Source of the DNA: an uncultured delta proteobacterium
GTDB lineage: Bacteria > Desulfobacterota > RBG-13-43-22
Direction of reading: 5' to 3'
Length of the DNA: 64,000 bases
Assembly (NCBI GenBank): GCA_963790475.1
Contig: CAWBOS010000010.1
Location: 1,440,001-1,504,000 of the forward strand
In this document: piece by piece, positions 28,535 through 39,216 of the stretch
Numbering within the stretch: position 1 is the stretch's first letter
Layout: every line of letters begins with the position of its first letter
Notes under the pieces: model-generated
Told to the model about the DNA's origin: nothing
Database searches by the model: none
The model's input: the letters and a program-made list of their open reading frames with translations, nothing else
Position numbers and translations under genes: made by a program

Positions 28535-29692
28535 ATGATCGATTTCAGCTTAAGTGAGAATCAAAAACGTTTACTGGAACAGGCCAGGACCTTTGCCGCC
28601 CAGGAGATAAAACCGGTGGCCATTGAATATGACCGGGAGGGTACCTATCCGGAAGCCATTCTGAAAAAAGCCCATGACCTGGGGTTCTTGTACACCAATA
28701 TTCCGGAGCAATACGGCGGATCGGGAATGAGTTATATGGAGCATTATCTGGTAACCGAAGCCCTGAATTACGAGTGCTGCGCCATCGGCCAGATGATCGG
28801 CATAGCCCATCTGGCCACAGGGGCGATCCTTCTCGGGGGAACCGAGGAACAAAAGAAAAAATTTATCGGGACTATGACCGAGAGCTACAGAAGCGCCTGT
28901 TTTTGCCTTACCGAGCCCGAGGCCGGATCGGATGCCGGGGTCATGCGAACGACCGCGGAGAAAAAGGGGGATCGCTATATTATTAATGGTTCCAAATGTT
29001 ACATCACCAATGGCCAGTATGCTGATTTACTCTGTTTATTTGCCACAATGGACAGGAGTCAGGGCACTAAAGGAATCTGCTGCTTTGCCGTTCCTCGTAA
29101 CACACCGGGTATTCGAGTCGGGCGAATAGAAGATAAGATGGGCCACCGGGCTCTAAATGTGGCTGAACTGTTTTTTGAAAATCTCGAATTAAGCCCGGAT
29201 CATCTGATCGGTCAGGAAGGCCAGGGTTTTAAACTGGCCATGATGGCCTTGGATCGGGGAAGGGTGAACATTGCCTCGATCTGCACCGGGATTGGACAAA
29301 AGGCCCTTGATGAATCGATTGGGTGGGCCAAGACCCGCGTTCAATTCGGCCAGCCCATAGGAAACCACCAGGGGGTCCAGTTTATGCTGGCTGACATGAA
29401 TGCCCTGATCATGGCCTCCCGGGCCATGTATCTTCAGGTGGGCTGGATGCTGGATCAGGGAATGCGCTGCACCACCGAAGGGGCTCTGGCCAAATTTTTT
29501 GCCACCGATGCCGTCATGAAAATCACCACCGATGCCGTCCAGATATTGGGGGGCTCAGGGTACATGAGAGGTACAGTGGTTGAGAAACTGATGCGGGACG
29601 CCAAGTTGACCCAGATCTTCGAGGGCACTAACCAGATCAATCGTATGGTGGCCGGCCGGGGGATTTTGTCCGGGTCCAGCAAATTGTTTTAA
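28535..29692 (+). CDS. Acyl-CoA dehydrogenase
   Basis: FCLTEPEAGSD, RVQFGQPI, QILGGSGY and IFEGTNQI motifs. Confidence 0.93.
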   Translation: MIDFSLSENQKRLLEQARTFAAQEIKPVAIEYDREGTYPEAILKKAHDLGFLYTNIPEQYGGSGMSYMEHYLVTEALNYECCAIGQMIGIAHLATGAILLGGTEEQKKKFIGTMTESYRSACFCLTEPEAGSDAGVMRTTAEKKGDRYIINGSKCYITNGQYADLLCLFATMDRSQGTKGICCFAVPRNTPGIRVGRIEDKMGHRALNVAELFFENLELSPDHLIGQEGQGFKLAMMALDRGRVNIASICTGIGQKALDESIGWAKTRVQFGQPIGNHQGVQFMLADMNALIMASRAMYLQVGWMLDQGMRCTTEGALAKFFATDAVMKITTDAVQILGGSGYMRGTVVEKLMRDAKLTQIFEGTNQINRMVAGRGILSGSSKLF

Positions 29693-29742
29693 TTGGTGTT
29701 CTGGAGGTTTCAACGATTGAGACCCGCTAAAAACGAAGAACG

Positions 29743-30360
29743 ATGATAACCTTTTGGATGATCGGTACCTTGCTCGGGCTTTCCGCGGGTCTTGCGCCAG
29801 GGCCTCTGCTGACACTGCTCGTTTCCGAAACCCTTCGGCATGATTCCAGGGCCGGGATCAAGGTGGCGATCAGCCCAATGATCACCGACTTGCCGATAAT
29901 TCTTTTGACGGTATTTATCCTGGGCCAATTGTCCGGATTTCATTCCCTGTTGGGGGTTATTTCCTTGATTGGAGGATTGGTTCTTCTTTCCATGGGATAT
30001 CAAAGCTTTCGTTTAAGAGGCCTGGAAACGAAGCAAGGAGTGGAAAATCCGAAATCCTTTACCAAGGGGATTGTTGTCAACCTCTTAAACCCCCACCCTT
30101 ATCTTTTTTGGTTCACTATCGGCGCAGCAACTATCACCAAATCGATGAAGCAAGGGATTTGGGCGTCTGGGGCTTTTATCCTGAGTTTTTATCTTTTTCT
30201 GATCGGATCAAAAGTGTTGCTGGCCCTCTTAATCGGCAAGTCAAAATCCTTTTTAACCGGAAATTGGTACCGGTACACTTTGCGTTTTCTGGCTTTTCTC
30301 CTGTGTATTTTCGCTGCGGTGCTTATTCGGGAAGGTTTGACCCTATTGAAAATCATTTAA
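29743..30360 (+). CDS. LysE family exporter
   Basis: GLAPGP and VNLLNPHP motifs, TM helices. Confidence 0.88.
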   Translation: MITFWMIGTLLGLSAGLAPGPLLTLLVSETLRHDSRAGIKVAISPMITDLPIILLTVFILGQLSGFHSLLGVISLIGGLVLLSMGYQSFRLRGLETKQGVENPKSFTKGIVVNLLNPHPYLFWFTIGAATITKSMKQGIWASGAFILSFYLFLIGSKVLLALLIGKSKSFLTGNWYRYTLRFLAFLLCIFAAVLIREGLTLLKII

Positions 30361-30434
30361 TATTTTTAAAGAGGCCTGCTCCATTTCCTAAAACCAGGCC
30401 TTGACAAAAAAAGGTGATTGATAGAAAGAACCCC

Positions 30435-30977
30435 ATGAAATGGCAGACTAAACAATCCAGATATTTAGTGAATGACCAGTGGTTGAAGCTTCGGGCCGAT
30501 CAATGTCAATTGCCCAGCGGGAAAATCATAGAACCTTACTATGTTCTCGAATACCCGGACTGGATTAATGTTTTCGGAATTACCACACGGAATGAAGTCG
30601 TCCTTGTTCGGCAATACCGACATGGAATCGGAAGGGTGGTTGTGGAGTTACCCAGCGGAGGAATTGAGTCTTTCGATAAAAATCCTTTGGAGGCGGCCAA
30701 GCGTGAATTGCTGGAGGAGACCGGCTACACTGGCAATCATTTCATACAGACGGGGATAGTTTCTCCAAACCCGGCCAGCCATTCCAACCTTACCCATTGT
30801 TTTTTGGCCAAAGACCTTGAAAAGGTAAATGATCCGAAGATGGACGATACCGAAGAAGTTGAAACCGTCCTGGTCCTCTTAGAGAAGGCCGTTGACATGC
30901 TCCACCAGGGGGATTTTCTTCAAGCCTTGCACGTCAGTTCCATTTATTTCGCTTTAAAAGCAATGAAGCATACCTAG
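30435..30977 (+). CDS. NUDIX hydrolase (ADP-ribose pyrophosphatase-like)
   Basis: VRQYRHG motif and Nudix box ELPSGG...AKRELLEETG. Confidence 0.9.
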   Translation: MKWQTKQSRYLVNDQWLKLRADQCQLPSGKIIEPYYVLEYPDWINVFGITTRNEVVLVRQYRHGIGRVVVELPSGGIESFDKNPLEAAKRELLEETGYTGNHFIQTGIVSPNPASHSNLTHCFLAKDLEKVNDPKMDDTEEVETVLVLLEKAVDMLHQGDFLQALHVSSIYFALKAMKHT

Positions 30978-31046
30978 GCCAGGAAGTGGCCGGAGTTGAT
31001 GATTGCCGAAAAAGGTTGGGGCTTAAATAAATTTGATGGCGGAACG

Positions 31047-31409
31047 ATGGACTTTCAGCTGGGAAAAAACTATAATGAATTGAAGATCGGGGACAAGGCC
31101 TCTTTTACCAAAACCATTACGGAAACCGATTTCTATCTTTTTGCCGGCATCAGCGGGGAATTTAATCCTCTCCATGTGAATGACGAGTTTGCCAAACTGA
31201 CGCCCTTCAAAACCCGGATCGGTCATGGGGCCTTACCGCAAAGTCTGATCGCTCCGGTCTTTGGAACTCAGCTTCCGGCCTGGGAACCATAGCGGTTAAG
31301 ATCACCACACGCTTTAAGAAACCGACCTAAGGGGGAGGCCACGGTCATCCCTCCGCCAAGGATGGAAGATCTGATACCCAAAGAGAATCACACGGAATCC
31401 ATCACCTAA
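31047..31409 (+). pseudogene. MaoC-family dehydratase pseudogene
   Basis: FAGISGEFNPLH and RIGHG motifs; 1-nt frameshift near 31277 (GTQLP[G]LGTIAVKITTRFKKPT*); stop at 31328-31330; C-terminal GEATVIPP remnant follows directly, implying an internal deletion. Confidence 0.75.
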
Positions 31410-31446
31410 TTGAAATGTGCTCATTAAGCACGGACGAAGAATCGAC

Positions 31447-32586
31447 ATGCCCTTTCAAGAATATTTTGGTGAAACACACAACCTGGTCCGCCAGACCGTC
31501 AAGAAATTTGTTGAAAAAGAAATCAAACCTTTTATTAATGAATGGGAAGAGCAGGGATCCTTCCCCCGTGAACTTTATCAAAAGGCCGGATCAGCCGGCA
31601 TATTGGGGATCGGTTATCCCGAGGTCTATGGAGGGACCGAGGGCGATATATTTCTTAAAGTCGCAGCCACTGAAGAAATAATGCGTAGTGGTTCCGGTGG
31701 GCTGGCGGCCGGCTTGGGTTCTCTGGATATCGGACTACCCCCTATCCTGCGCCTGGGTCAGGAAACTCTCAAAAAAAGGCTGATCCCACCCATTTTACGG
31801 GGAGAGAAAATATGCGCCCTGGCCATCACCGAACCGAATGCCGGATCGGATGTGGGGGGCATCCAAACCAAAGCCATTCGGGAAGGGAGCTTCTTCCGGG
31901 TCAATGGCCGAAAGACCTTTATCACCAGCGGGGGCCGGGCCGATGTCTTAACCTGTGCGGTCCGCACCGGGGATCCGGGACCTCACGGGATCAGCTTATT
32001 AGTCATCGAGTCCACAACACCGGGCTACAGTGTTACCAATGTCCTGAAAAAAATGGGCTGGTGGGCGTCCGATACGGCCGAGCTGCTTTTTGAAGAATGT
32101 CTGGTCCCGGCTGAAAACCTCTTAGGCGAAGAAAATCAGGGTTTTTACGGCATCATGGGCAATTTTCAAAACGAACGTTTGCAGTTGGCCCTTATGGCCA
32201 ACACTACCGCCCAATTGGCCTATGAAGAATCGATCAAATATGTCAAACAACGTCAGGCCTTCGGCCGACCTCTGGAAGGATTTCAGGTCATTCGCCACAA
32301 GTTGGCTGATATGGCTACCCAGATCGAGGCCAGCCGCGAGTTTACCTATCGAATAGCGGCCAAGATTGAGGCCGGTCTGAACCCGATCAAAGAAATCTCC
32401 ATGGCCAAAAATTTTGCCTGCCAAGTCAGTGACCTGGTGACTCATGAGGCGGTCCAGATCCATGGTGGATACGGGTTTATACGGGAATACCTGGTAGAAA
32501 GGCTTTATCGGGACAACCGCATCCTGTCCATCGGCGGCGGCACACAGGAGATCATGAAAGAGATTATCAGTAAAATGATTTTATAA
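31447..32586 (+). CDS. Acyl-CoA dehydrogenase
   Basis: LAITEPNAGSD, KMGWWASDT, QIHGGYG and IGGGTQEI motifs. Confidence 0.93.
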   Translation: MPFQEYFGETHNLVRQTVKKFVEKEIKPFINEWEEQGSFPRELYQKAGSAGILGIGYPEVYGGTEGDIFLKVAATEEIMRSGSGGLAAGLGSLDIGLPPILRLGQETLKKRLIPPILRGEKICALAITEPNAGSDVGGIQTKAIREGSFFRVNGRKTFITSGGRADVLTCAVRTGDPGPHGISLLVIESTTPGYSVTNVLKKMGWWASDTAELLFEECLVPAENLLGEENQGFYGIMGNFQNERLQLALMANTTAQLAYEESIKYVKQRQAFGRPLEGFQVIRHKLADMATQIEASREFTYRIAAKIEAGLNPIKEISMAKNFACQVSDLVTHEAVQIHGGYGFIREYLVERLYRDNRILSIGGGTQEIMKEIISKMIL

Positions 32587-32776
32587 ATTGGCCAACGATG
32601 CGCCTCCTAAATTTCATTTATTTCTTAATTTGATAAAATTTGGCTGTACGCAAGAGGCAGGAGGGGATAGGAAAAGCAAAATCAGGAAACAGTTGACCTA
32701 TTGCCCATGGCCCATGGCCTCTATCCTCCCCGATAACATAAACCCCCTAACGAAAACCATGAAAAAGGAGGCCCCC

Positions 32777-34288
32777 ATGAAAATCAACATCGGAGAATTA
32801 TTAACCAAGCGGTCTTTTCTAACCCCGGACCGGGAAGGATTGGTTTGCGAGAAGGTCCGACGGACCTACCGGGAACTTAATGAACGGGCCAACCGCCTGG
32901 CCAACGCCCTGAAAGCCCTGGGTGTGGGCCATGGAGACCGAGTGGGCATATTGGCCCTGAATGAACCGGAGTATTACGACCTGTACTTCGGATTGGGAAA
33001 AATCGGGGCCATTCTGGTGCCGGTCAATTACCGCCTGGCCGGACCGGAGATACAGTTTATTTTATCGGACTGCGAGGCCAAGGTATTCATTTTCGGCAAG
33101 GAATACCAGGAAGTAGTGGATTCCATCCGTAAAGATATTCCGGCCCAACACCTGATCGCCATCAGCCCTGAGCCGATTGAATGGGCCAAGTCCTATGATG
33201 GTTTAATCAATGCCGCCTCCGATCAAGAACCGGAAATCAGCGGTTGGGATGACGACACCCTGACTATTCTCTACACCTCGGGGACAACCGGAAGGCCTAA
33301 GGGAGCGGAACTAACCCACACCTATTATTACTGGAACTCAGTCAATCTCATGTGCACCTTAGGTCAGGAAATCGGTAATACCACATTGATTGCTCTACCC
33401 CTTTTTCATATCGGTGCCCTGTCCGCCCCTCCCTGGCTCACCCATTACGGCGGGAAAGCGATTTTGCTTCGAAGTCTGGACCCCCAGCGTTTTCTGGAAC
33501 TCCTGCAGGAAGAAAAGGTTACCGGATTCGGTTCGGTGCCGGCCCTTCTGGATATCCTGAAGTGGGTCCCGAATTTCGAAAAATATGACTGGAGTTCAGT
33601 CCGGACCATTCTGGTCTATGCCGCCCCGGTGCCCGTAACCCTGATCAAGGAATATGCCGCGGCCGGGATTCAGGTCCGTCAATTATACGGTCTGACCGAG
33701 GGTAATACCGCCACCGTGCTTGATCCTGAAAACGCCTTAACTAAAGTCGGCTCTTGCGGTAAACCCTTCTTCCACACTGAAGTTCGGGTGGTTGATGAAG
33801 AAGGAAAAGATATAGGGCCGGAGGTCAATGGAGAGATATTATTACGCATGCCCAATATTATGAAAGGATATTGGAACCGACCCAAGGATACAGCCGCAAC
33901 CATCAAGGACGGCTGGCTTTACACCGGAGACATCGGAAAACTGGACCAGGACGGATTTCTGTATATTTTAGACCGCAAGAAAGACATGATCATCTCGGGC
34001 GGAGAGAATATTTATCCGGCCGAGGTCGAGGACGCTCTCTTACAGCACCCCAAAATAGCGGATGTGGGCGTCATCGGTTACGCCCATGAAAAATGGGGCG
34101 AAGCAGTCAAGGCCATTGTGGTCCTCAAGCCGGGGGAAACTTTGACTGAAGCAGAACTGATCGAATGGAGTCAGGGCAAAATCGGCCGATTCAAGATTCC
34201 CAAATCCGTGGTCTTTACCGAGGCCATCCCCAGAACGCCGACGGGGAAGATATTGAAACGAGTGCTTAGGGAGCAGTACAATCAGTAG
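32777..34288 (+). CDS. Long-chain fatty acid/acyl-CoA ligase (AMP-binding)
   Basis: YTSGTTGRPKG, YGLTE, TGD, DRKKDMIISGGENIYP and PTGKI motifs; AAGGAGG before ATG 32777. Confidence 0.93.
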   Translation: MKINIGELLTKRSFLTPDREGLVCEKVRRTYRELNERANRLANALKALGVGHGDRVGILALNEPEYYDLYFGLGKIGAILVPVNYRLAGPEIQFILSDCEAKVFIFGKEYQEVVDSIRKDIPAQHLIAISPEPIEWAKSYDGLINAASDQEPEISGWDDDTLTILYTSGTTGRPKGAELTHTYYYWNSVNLMCTLGQEIGNTTLIALPLFHIGALSAPPWLTHYGGKAILLRSLDPQRFLELLQEEKVTGFGSVPALLDILKWVPNFEKYDWSSVRTILVYAAPVPVTLIKEYAAAGIQVRQLYGLTEGNTATVLDPENALTKVGSCGKPFFHTEVRVVDEEGKDIGPEVNGEILLRMPNIMKGYWNRPKDTAATIKDGWLYTGDIGKLDQDGFLYILDRKKDMIISGGENIYPAEVEDALLQHPKIADVGVIGYAHEKWGEAVKAIVVLKPGETLTEAELIEWSQGKIGRFKIPKSVVFTEAIPRTPTGKILKRVLREQYNQ

Positions 34289-34412
34289 GGTTGATTATTA
34301 AGGTGGATAGGCTGAAGACTGAAGGAAAGGCAAGGCTTTCATTATCGTCTCGTTGTTTCTATTCCTTCGACTTTCAGCCTTCAGTCTATTCCCCTAAAGA
34401 TACCAATAATCC

Positions 34413-35270
34413 ATGCAACCAACCATAATCATTTCCGGATTGGTTAAAAATTATGGAAGAGTAAAAGCCCTGCAAGGGCTTGATCTGACCATCGAGGCCG
34501 GACAGATTTATGGCTTATTGGGCCCCAATGGTTCAGGGAAATCAACCCTGATCAAAACCCTGGTAGGTGCGGTCAAACCGACTGCCGGAAAAGTTCTGGT
34601 CTTGGGACAGGCCATGCCGCAGAAAGCCCGATCGGTTAGGGGCCGTTTGGGTTATATGCCTCAGAATCCGGCCTTATACGGCGATATATCCGTTCGGGCC
34701 AATGTAAAATTCTTCGCCCAGGCCCACAATCTCGACCGCTTGGAAGAACGGATCGATCAGGTATTGGCTTTTGTCGGCCTGGCCGATCTGGCCGGCCGCA
34801 AAACGGAAACCCTATCCGGAGGACTAAAACAACGCTGTTCGCTGGCCTGCGCCCTGGTGCATGAACCGGAACTTTTACTTCTGGATGAACCCACCGCCGG
34901 GGTGGACCCGGTCCTCAAAGAAGGATTCTGGAAGTACTTTCATGAATTGAAGAATCAAGGCAAAACCATCATCATCACCACCCATCTCATGGACGAACCC
35001 CTGCTGTGCGACCGCCTTGGTATTCTGCGGGAGGGCCAATTGCTCATAGACGATACGCCGGAGCACATCCTGGCCAAAGGGAAAACCCGGGTGACCCTGG
35101 AAATAGAAGGCCAGCAAATCATGGCAGAGGCCGGCGATTACTCCCGTGAACTTCCCGGATTGTTGCGTCGCTACGGTCTTAAGCCGGACATCACCCATAT
35201 ATCCATCCAGCAGGAAAGCCTGGAGGATATTTTCTTGAAGCTTCTGAAAGAAGGAGAAGAAAATGGTTAG
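34413..35270 (+). CDS. ABC-2 exporter ATP-binding protein
   Basis: GPNGSGKS, LSGG and LLLDEPT motifs. Confidence 0.92.
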   Translation: MQPTIIISGLVKNYGRVKALQGLDLTIEAGQIYGLLGPNGSGKSTLIKTLVGAVKPTAGKVLVLGQAMPQKARSVRGRLGYMPQNPALYGDISVRANVKFFAQAHNLDRLEERIDQVLAFVGLADLAGRKTETLSGGLKQRCSLACALVHEPELLLLDEPTAGVDPVLKEGFWKYFHELKNQGKTIIITTHLMDEPLLCDRLGILREGQLLIDDTPEHILAKGKTRVTLEIEGQQIMAEAGDYSRELPGLLRRYGLKPDITHISIQQESLEDIFLKLLKEGEENG

Positions 35271-36009
35271 AAATATTCTGGCCATTGCCGCCCGCATTGA
35301 TAACCAGCTTATCGGAGACCGGCGTTTTCTGGCTCTGGCCATTTTTCTGCCGTTGATCATATTTTATCTTTTCAAGGTCTTTATCCGGACCTTGCCGGTT
35401 GCCCTCCTCACCAATCCTCAGGAACTTTATATCATGATCACGGCCTTTATCATTCACTTCACCTCTTATGTGCTCTGTCTGATCGTCATCGTTAGGGAGC
35501 GACGGGATGAAACACTCATCCGGATGTTTGTCAACAACTTCAGCCGCGCCGAGGTCGTCATCGGCTATCTCCTGGGCTATGCCTCCCTGGCCACCCTTCA
35601 GGCCCTGCTCATCATGCTGGAGGTGAATCTACTATTCCATTTGTCTTACGGCTTAAGCCTGATGCTTTCCCTGTTCGTCGTCATGTGGACCCTGTCCATG
35701 ATCTCCATTGCCCTGGGGATCATGGTCTCCAACCTGGCCAGGACCGAAGCCCAGATCTTTCCTTTCATCCCCTTATTTATCCTGACCACGATTTTCATCT
35801 CCGGGTTGATCCTGCCCCTGTCGAGCATCCCCTGGAGTGTGCGCTGGTTGTCCTATCTGATCCCTTTCACCTATGCCCAGATATTGATTAGAGCCATGAT
35901 CGCCGAAGCGGGTGGGCTCTTTTCCCATCTCAGCCGGTTCGGCGTCCTGATTCTTTACGGCTTGGTTCTGTTGTTTTTGTCGAGTATGACTTTGAAGCAA
36001 AGGGAGTGA
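35263..36009 (+). CDS. ABC-2 type permease
   Basis: IVRER motif, 6 TM helices, overlaps the ATPase gene. Confidence 0.88.
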   Translation: MVRNILAIAARIDNQLIGDRRFLALAIFLPLIIFYLFKVFIRTLPVALLTNPQELYIMITAFIIHFTSYVLCLIVIVRERRDETLIRMFVNNFSRAEVVIGYLLGYASLATLQALLIMLEVNLLFHLSYGLSLMLSLFVVMWTLSMISIALGIMVSNLARTEAQIFPFIPLFILTTIFISGLILPLSSIPWSVRWLSYLIPFTYAQILIRAMIAEAGGLFSHLSRFGVLILYGLVLLFLSSMTLKQRE

Positions 36010-36026
36010 GGATCTTGAAGGAAATA

Positions 36027-36428
36027 ATGAATATCAAACTTAAAGAAATTGTAAAAGTTTGGCCTGATATCGCGCCTATATTTTCTGTGCCGCATAATGA
36101 AAAAGACAACAACAAATTGATTAGTCTCCTTGACAGCCTTATTGACGAAGTCGGGAATAATGAGAACCATTCCTTATCTTCGCTGATGGAGACGATTGGG
36201 AGCCTGATTGAAACCTACGAATCCCAATATATTAAGGAGATAGAGGGTCATCCGATAGATGCTCTGAATGCCTTGATGGAAGAACATGGTCTGAAACAGT
36301 CGGATCTATCTGAAATCGGCAGCCAGGGAGTTGTATCATAAATTTTATCCGGTAAACGTCAACTTAATGTCCGTCAAATAAAAATGTTAAGTAATCGGTT
36401 CCATGTTTCTCCAGCGGTCTTTATTTAA
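36027..36428 (+). pseudogene. HigA-like HTH antitoxin with a nonsense mutation
   Basis: HGLKQSDLSEIGSQGVVS-TAA(36339-36341)-ILSGKRQLNVRQIKMLSNRFHVSPAVFI*; TAA replaces the expected Glu (GAA) in the HTH. Confidence 0.82.
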
Positions 36429-36509
36429 AACAAAACAATAAAAACCTTCCTCAAAAGAAGACTTGCTTTTCATTATAGAAGGAATGACGAGAATATTTTC
36501 CCCTTATCG

Positions 36510-36577
36510 GTCACCCCGGCGAAAGCCGGGGTCCAGAAGATATCGAAATGACTGGATTCCGGCTTAGGAGAAATGAC
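36510..36577. repeat. REP-like double hairpin (third copy, degenerate second arm)
   Basis: GTCACCCCGGCGAAAGCCGGGGTCCAG...CTGGATTCCGGC...AATGAC. Confidence 0.7.
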
Positions 36578-36787
36578 GTCATTGGACTTTTCTAAAAGGC
36601 TCATTTATAATTATTTAAAGAGGATAGGTTGTATTCAGGGTTTGAACCGGCTAACCAAAAATAAATTGTTATGGCTTAGAGATCTAACTTAACCCTTCGT
36701 GTTGTGAAACTATGATCCATATAGGGTAAAGGTTGATGGGCGATGAATTGAGGAGAGGATCAGAAGCTTATTAAAGGAGAATATATT

Positions 36788-36985
36788 ATGGTGAGAATAA
36801 CCGTGGAAATAGAAGACTCAAAGGCAGAATTGTTGCAGAAGAAGGCGGAAAAGTTTGGGCTTTTGCCTGCCCAATTTGTAACCGCCTCTATTGAAGACCT
36901 GATTGGTCAAACGGAACCGGAATTTGAGGCGGCGATGCGCAAGGTCTTGTCTAAAAACAAGGAACTTTACAAGCGGTTAGCCTGA
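36788..36985 (+). CDS. Small putative antitoxin (Phd-like partner of Doc)
   Basis: 65 aa, KNKELYKRLA C-terminus, TGATG overlap with the doc gene, strong RBS. Confidence 0.7.
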   Translation: MVRITVEIEDSKAELLQKKAEKFGLLPAQFVTASIEDLIGQTEPEFEAAMRKVLSKNKELYKRLA

Positions 36986-37203
36986 TGCGCTACCTTTCTA
37001 TCCGCGAAGTTTTTGAACTGCACGAGCGTATCATAGAAACCTCCGGCGGTGCTCGTGGGATTCGAGATATTGGAGCCCTTGAATCTTCACTCAATCAACC
37101 CCGTCTCACCTTCGATCAGGCTGATCTCTACCCCGATGTTGTGACGAAAGCCGCTGCCCTTTGCTTTTTCTTAGTATTGAATCACCCCTTTATTGACGGT
37201 TAA
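36985..37203 (+). pseudogene. Truncated Doc/Fic-family toxin
   Basis: GIRDIGALES and KAAAL motifs; ends at NHPFIDG* inside the HPFxDGNKR motif. Confidence 0.8.
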
Positions 37204-37371
37204 GACCTTCACCGCCTCGTTTCGGTCAGAAAACACTTTTCCTACCTTGTCTTCGCGCCCTGGTTTTCTTCTTGACCGTGTCATCTCTTTTCCTTATACT
37301 CTTTTCATCAAAATTGAATCGCTATTCATAATATGTTTTTTTGTTACTAGCCGGCACCTAATAGACCTTAT

Positions 37372-38493
37372 ATGGGAGAAATAATTATAAAAGAAGTACT
37401 TACACGGAAAGAGCTTCGTGAATTCATTTTTCTGCCTGAGAAAATCCATAAAACAGAGCCCGATTGGCTTCCTCCTATTTATAGGGATGAACGTTTGCTG
37501 TTTAATAAGAAGAAAAACAAATCGTATAAGTATGCTGATGCACTTTTACTCCTGGCGTCGAAGGATAATAAACCTGTCGGAAGAATTATGGGTATTATCA
37601 ACAAAAGATATAACGCTATCAACAATGAGAATCACGGACGATTCTGTTTTATGGAATGTTATTACGACCAGGAAGTTTTTCATGCCCTGATAGTCAGGGT
37701 TGAGAATTGGACAAGAGAAAACGGAATGAGCAGCCTTGTTGGTCCACTTGGATTTTCAGACAAAGATCCCCAGGGATTTCAGATTGAAGGCTTTGAATAT
37801 CTCCCGTTTATGACCAGCGCAAACAATTCTCCATATATGGCAAACCTTATTGAAGCAGAAGGGTATGAAAAGAAGATTGACCTGGTAAATTACCTCGCCA
37901 AAATGCCTGAGCAGCTTCCTTCGGTCTATGAGAAGGTACTTTCAAGGCTTGAGAAAACTCAGGGATATAAAATTATTGAGTTTAATAAGAAAAAAGAGCT
38001 GAAACCATATATTTTACCTGTTCTCGAACTTATGAATGAGACATTCAACGAGATCTATGGTTTTGTTCCACTGAATGATAAAGAGAAAACTGAATTTGCC
38101 GGAAGATATCTTCCTATCCTCAACCCTGAATTTATAAAGGTGGTGGAAGCCGACGGAGGTTTGATCGGATTTGCAATAGGGATGCCCGATGTTAGCTCCG
38201 GAATTAAAGCTTGCCGAGGCAGATTACTCCCCTTCGGGATATTTAAAGTCCTGAAGGAATCAAAGAGTTCAAAGAAACTGCTGATGATGCTTGGCGGCGT
38301 TAAGAAACCTTACCGGGGTAAAGGAATTGAAGTTCTTATGGGCGTGAAAATTCTGCAGTCAGGCATAAAGCACAAGATGGATGTTATCGACAGCCACCTT
38401 ATTCTGGAAGATAATACCAGGATGAGGTCTGAATATGAGAGAATCGGAGGTCAGGTAGTAAAAAAATTCAGGATCTACCAGAAAGCTTTATAA
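37372..38493 (+). CDS. Tandem GNAT-fold protein
   Basis: WLPP, PVGRI, GPLGFS, YRGKG and ILEDN motifs; AT-rich relative to neighbours. Confidence 0.7.
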   Translation: MGEIIIKEVLTRKELREFIFLPEKIHKTEPDWLPPIYRDERLLFNKKKNKSYKYADALLLLASKDNKPVGRIMGIINKRYNAINNENHGRFCFMECYYDQEVFHALIVRVENWTRENGMSSLVGPLGFSDKDPQGFQIEGFEYLPFMTSANNSPYMANLIEAEGYEKKIDLVNYLAKMPEQLPSVYEKVLSRLEKTQGYKIIEFNKKKELKPYILPVLELMNETFNEIYGFVPLNDKEKTEFAGRYLPILNPEFIKVVEADGGLIGFAIGMPDVSSGIKACRGRLLPFGIFKVLKESKSSKKLLMMLGGVKKPYRGKGIEVLMGVKILQSGIKHKMDVIDSHLILEDNTRMRSEYERIGGQVVKKFRIYQKAL

Positions 38494-38743
38494 ATATACT
38501 TCCGGGAATAAGGAATATCTCCTTCCTATCCAGTTAAATTATTTGATATTTGATTTTAAGATCTGAAAATGAAAAAAAATCCAAGAAACTCCTTAAACTG
38601 GAACCTTGCTATTCTCTTTTGTTTGCTATCCGCTCCCATTACCGGATTTTTGCCTTTATCGAAGACAGCAGTTCTTGTATCATCATCGAAGATCAGATGA
38701 GTATTGAACCTCACATCAGTAAACCAGTTATTAAGATTAGCTG

Positions 38744-39013
38744 TTAATATCCTTTCATGACCATCTTCTCAAAAAGAACCTTGCGCTCCCTTGGGTTTCT
38801 TGACGTCGATAGCCACGAAATACTTATTCTGGTTGATATAGTATCAGAGCGGATTGGAGTGTTTCCAGAATTTTCCCCAGTAAGTCCCTCCCCGCCAGTA
38901 ATCCCCCTGAAAGGGCACTTCCACCTGATCACTTCCGCCCCGTACTGCCCCAGAAATTTGGCGGCCGTAGGGCCGAAAATTCTGTGGGACAAATCGAGGA
39001 CCCGGATACCGGT
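38744..39013 (-). pseudogene. CaiB/BaiF family III CoA-transferase fragment
   Basis: GIRVLDLSHRIFGP...YGAEVI, frameshift to VEVPLQGDYWR...INQNK, internal stops. Confidence 0.7.
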
Positions 39014-39216
39014 CTATCCCTCTAAATTAGTTTCAGCATTTTTCGGAAATGGCTTGAAGGCCATCCATTGCCTTAGCGGTGGTGTCTAAAAACCTGTTCC
39101 CCTGATCAGGTCTGGCACAGGCTTGGCTCATCGCTTTACGCTCCGGCTCCCAAAGCGATAAGGGCAGCGGGAGTCGGGTAGTGTCCTAATTTGAACGGGT
39201 AAAATTTAAAAAACAT

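Noticed and set aside
36339-36341. Programmed read-through in the higA-like gene
   Set aside because: The stop is TAA at a Glu position with no SECIS; a simple nonsense mutation or error is more likely
36648-36710. attC-like TAAC...GTT boxes (also at 23400-23413)
   Set aside because: The spacing is too short and there are no L boxes or extended palindrome; no integron integrase in the window
38846-38848. TGA in the CoA-transferase fragment as Sec
   Set aside because: It lies in a frameshifted, truncated pseudogene and not at a recognised Cys motif
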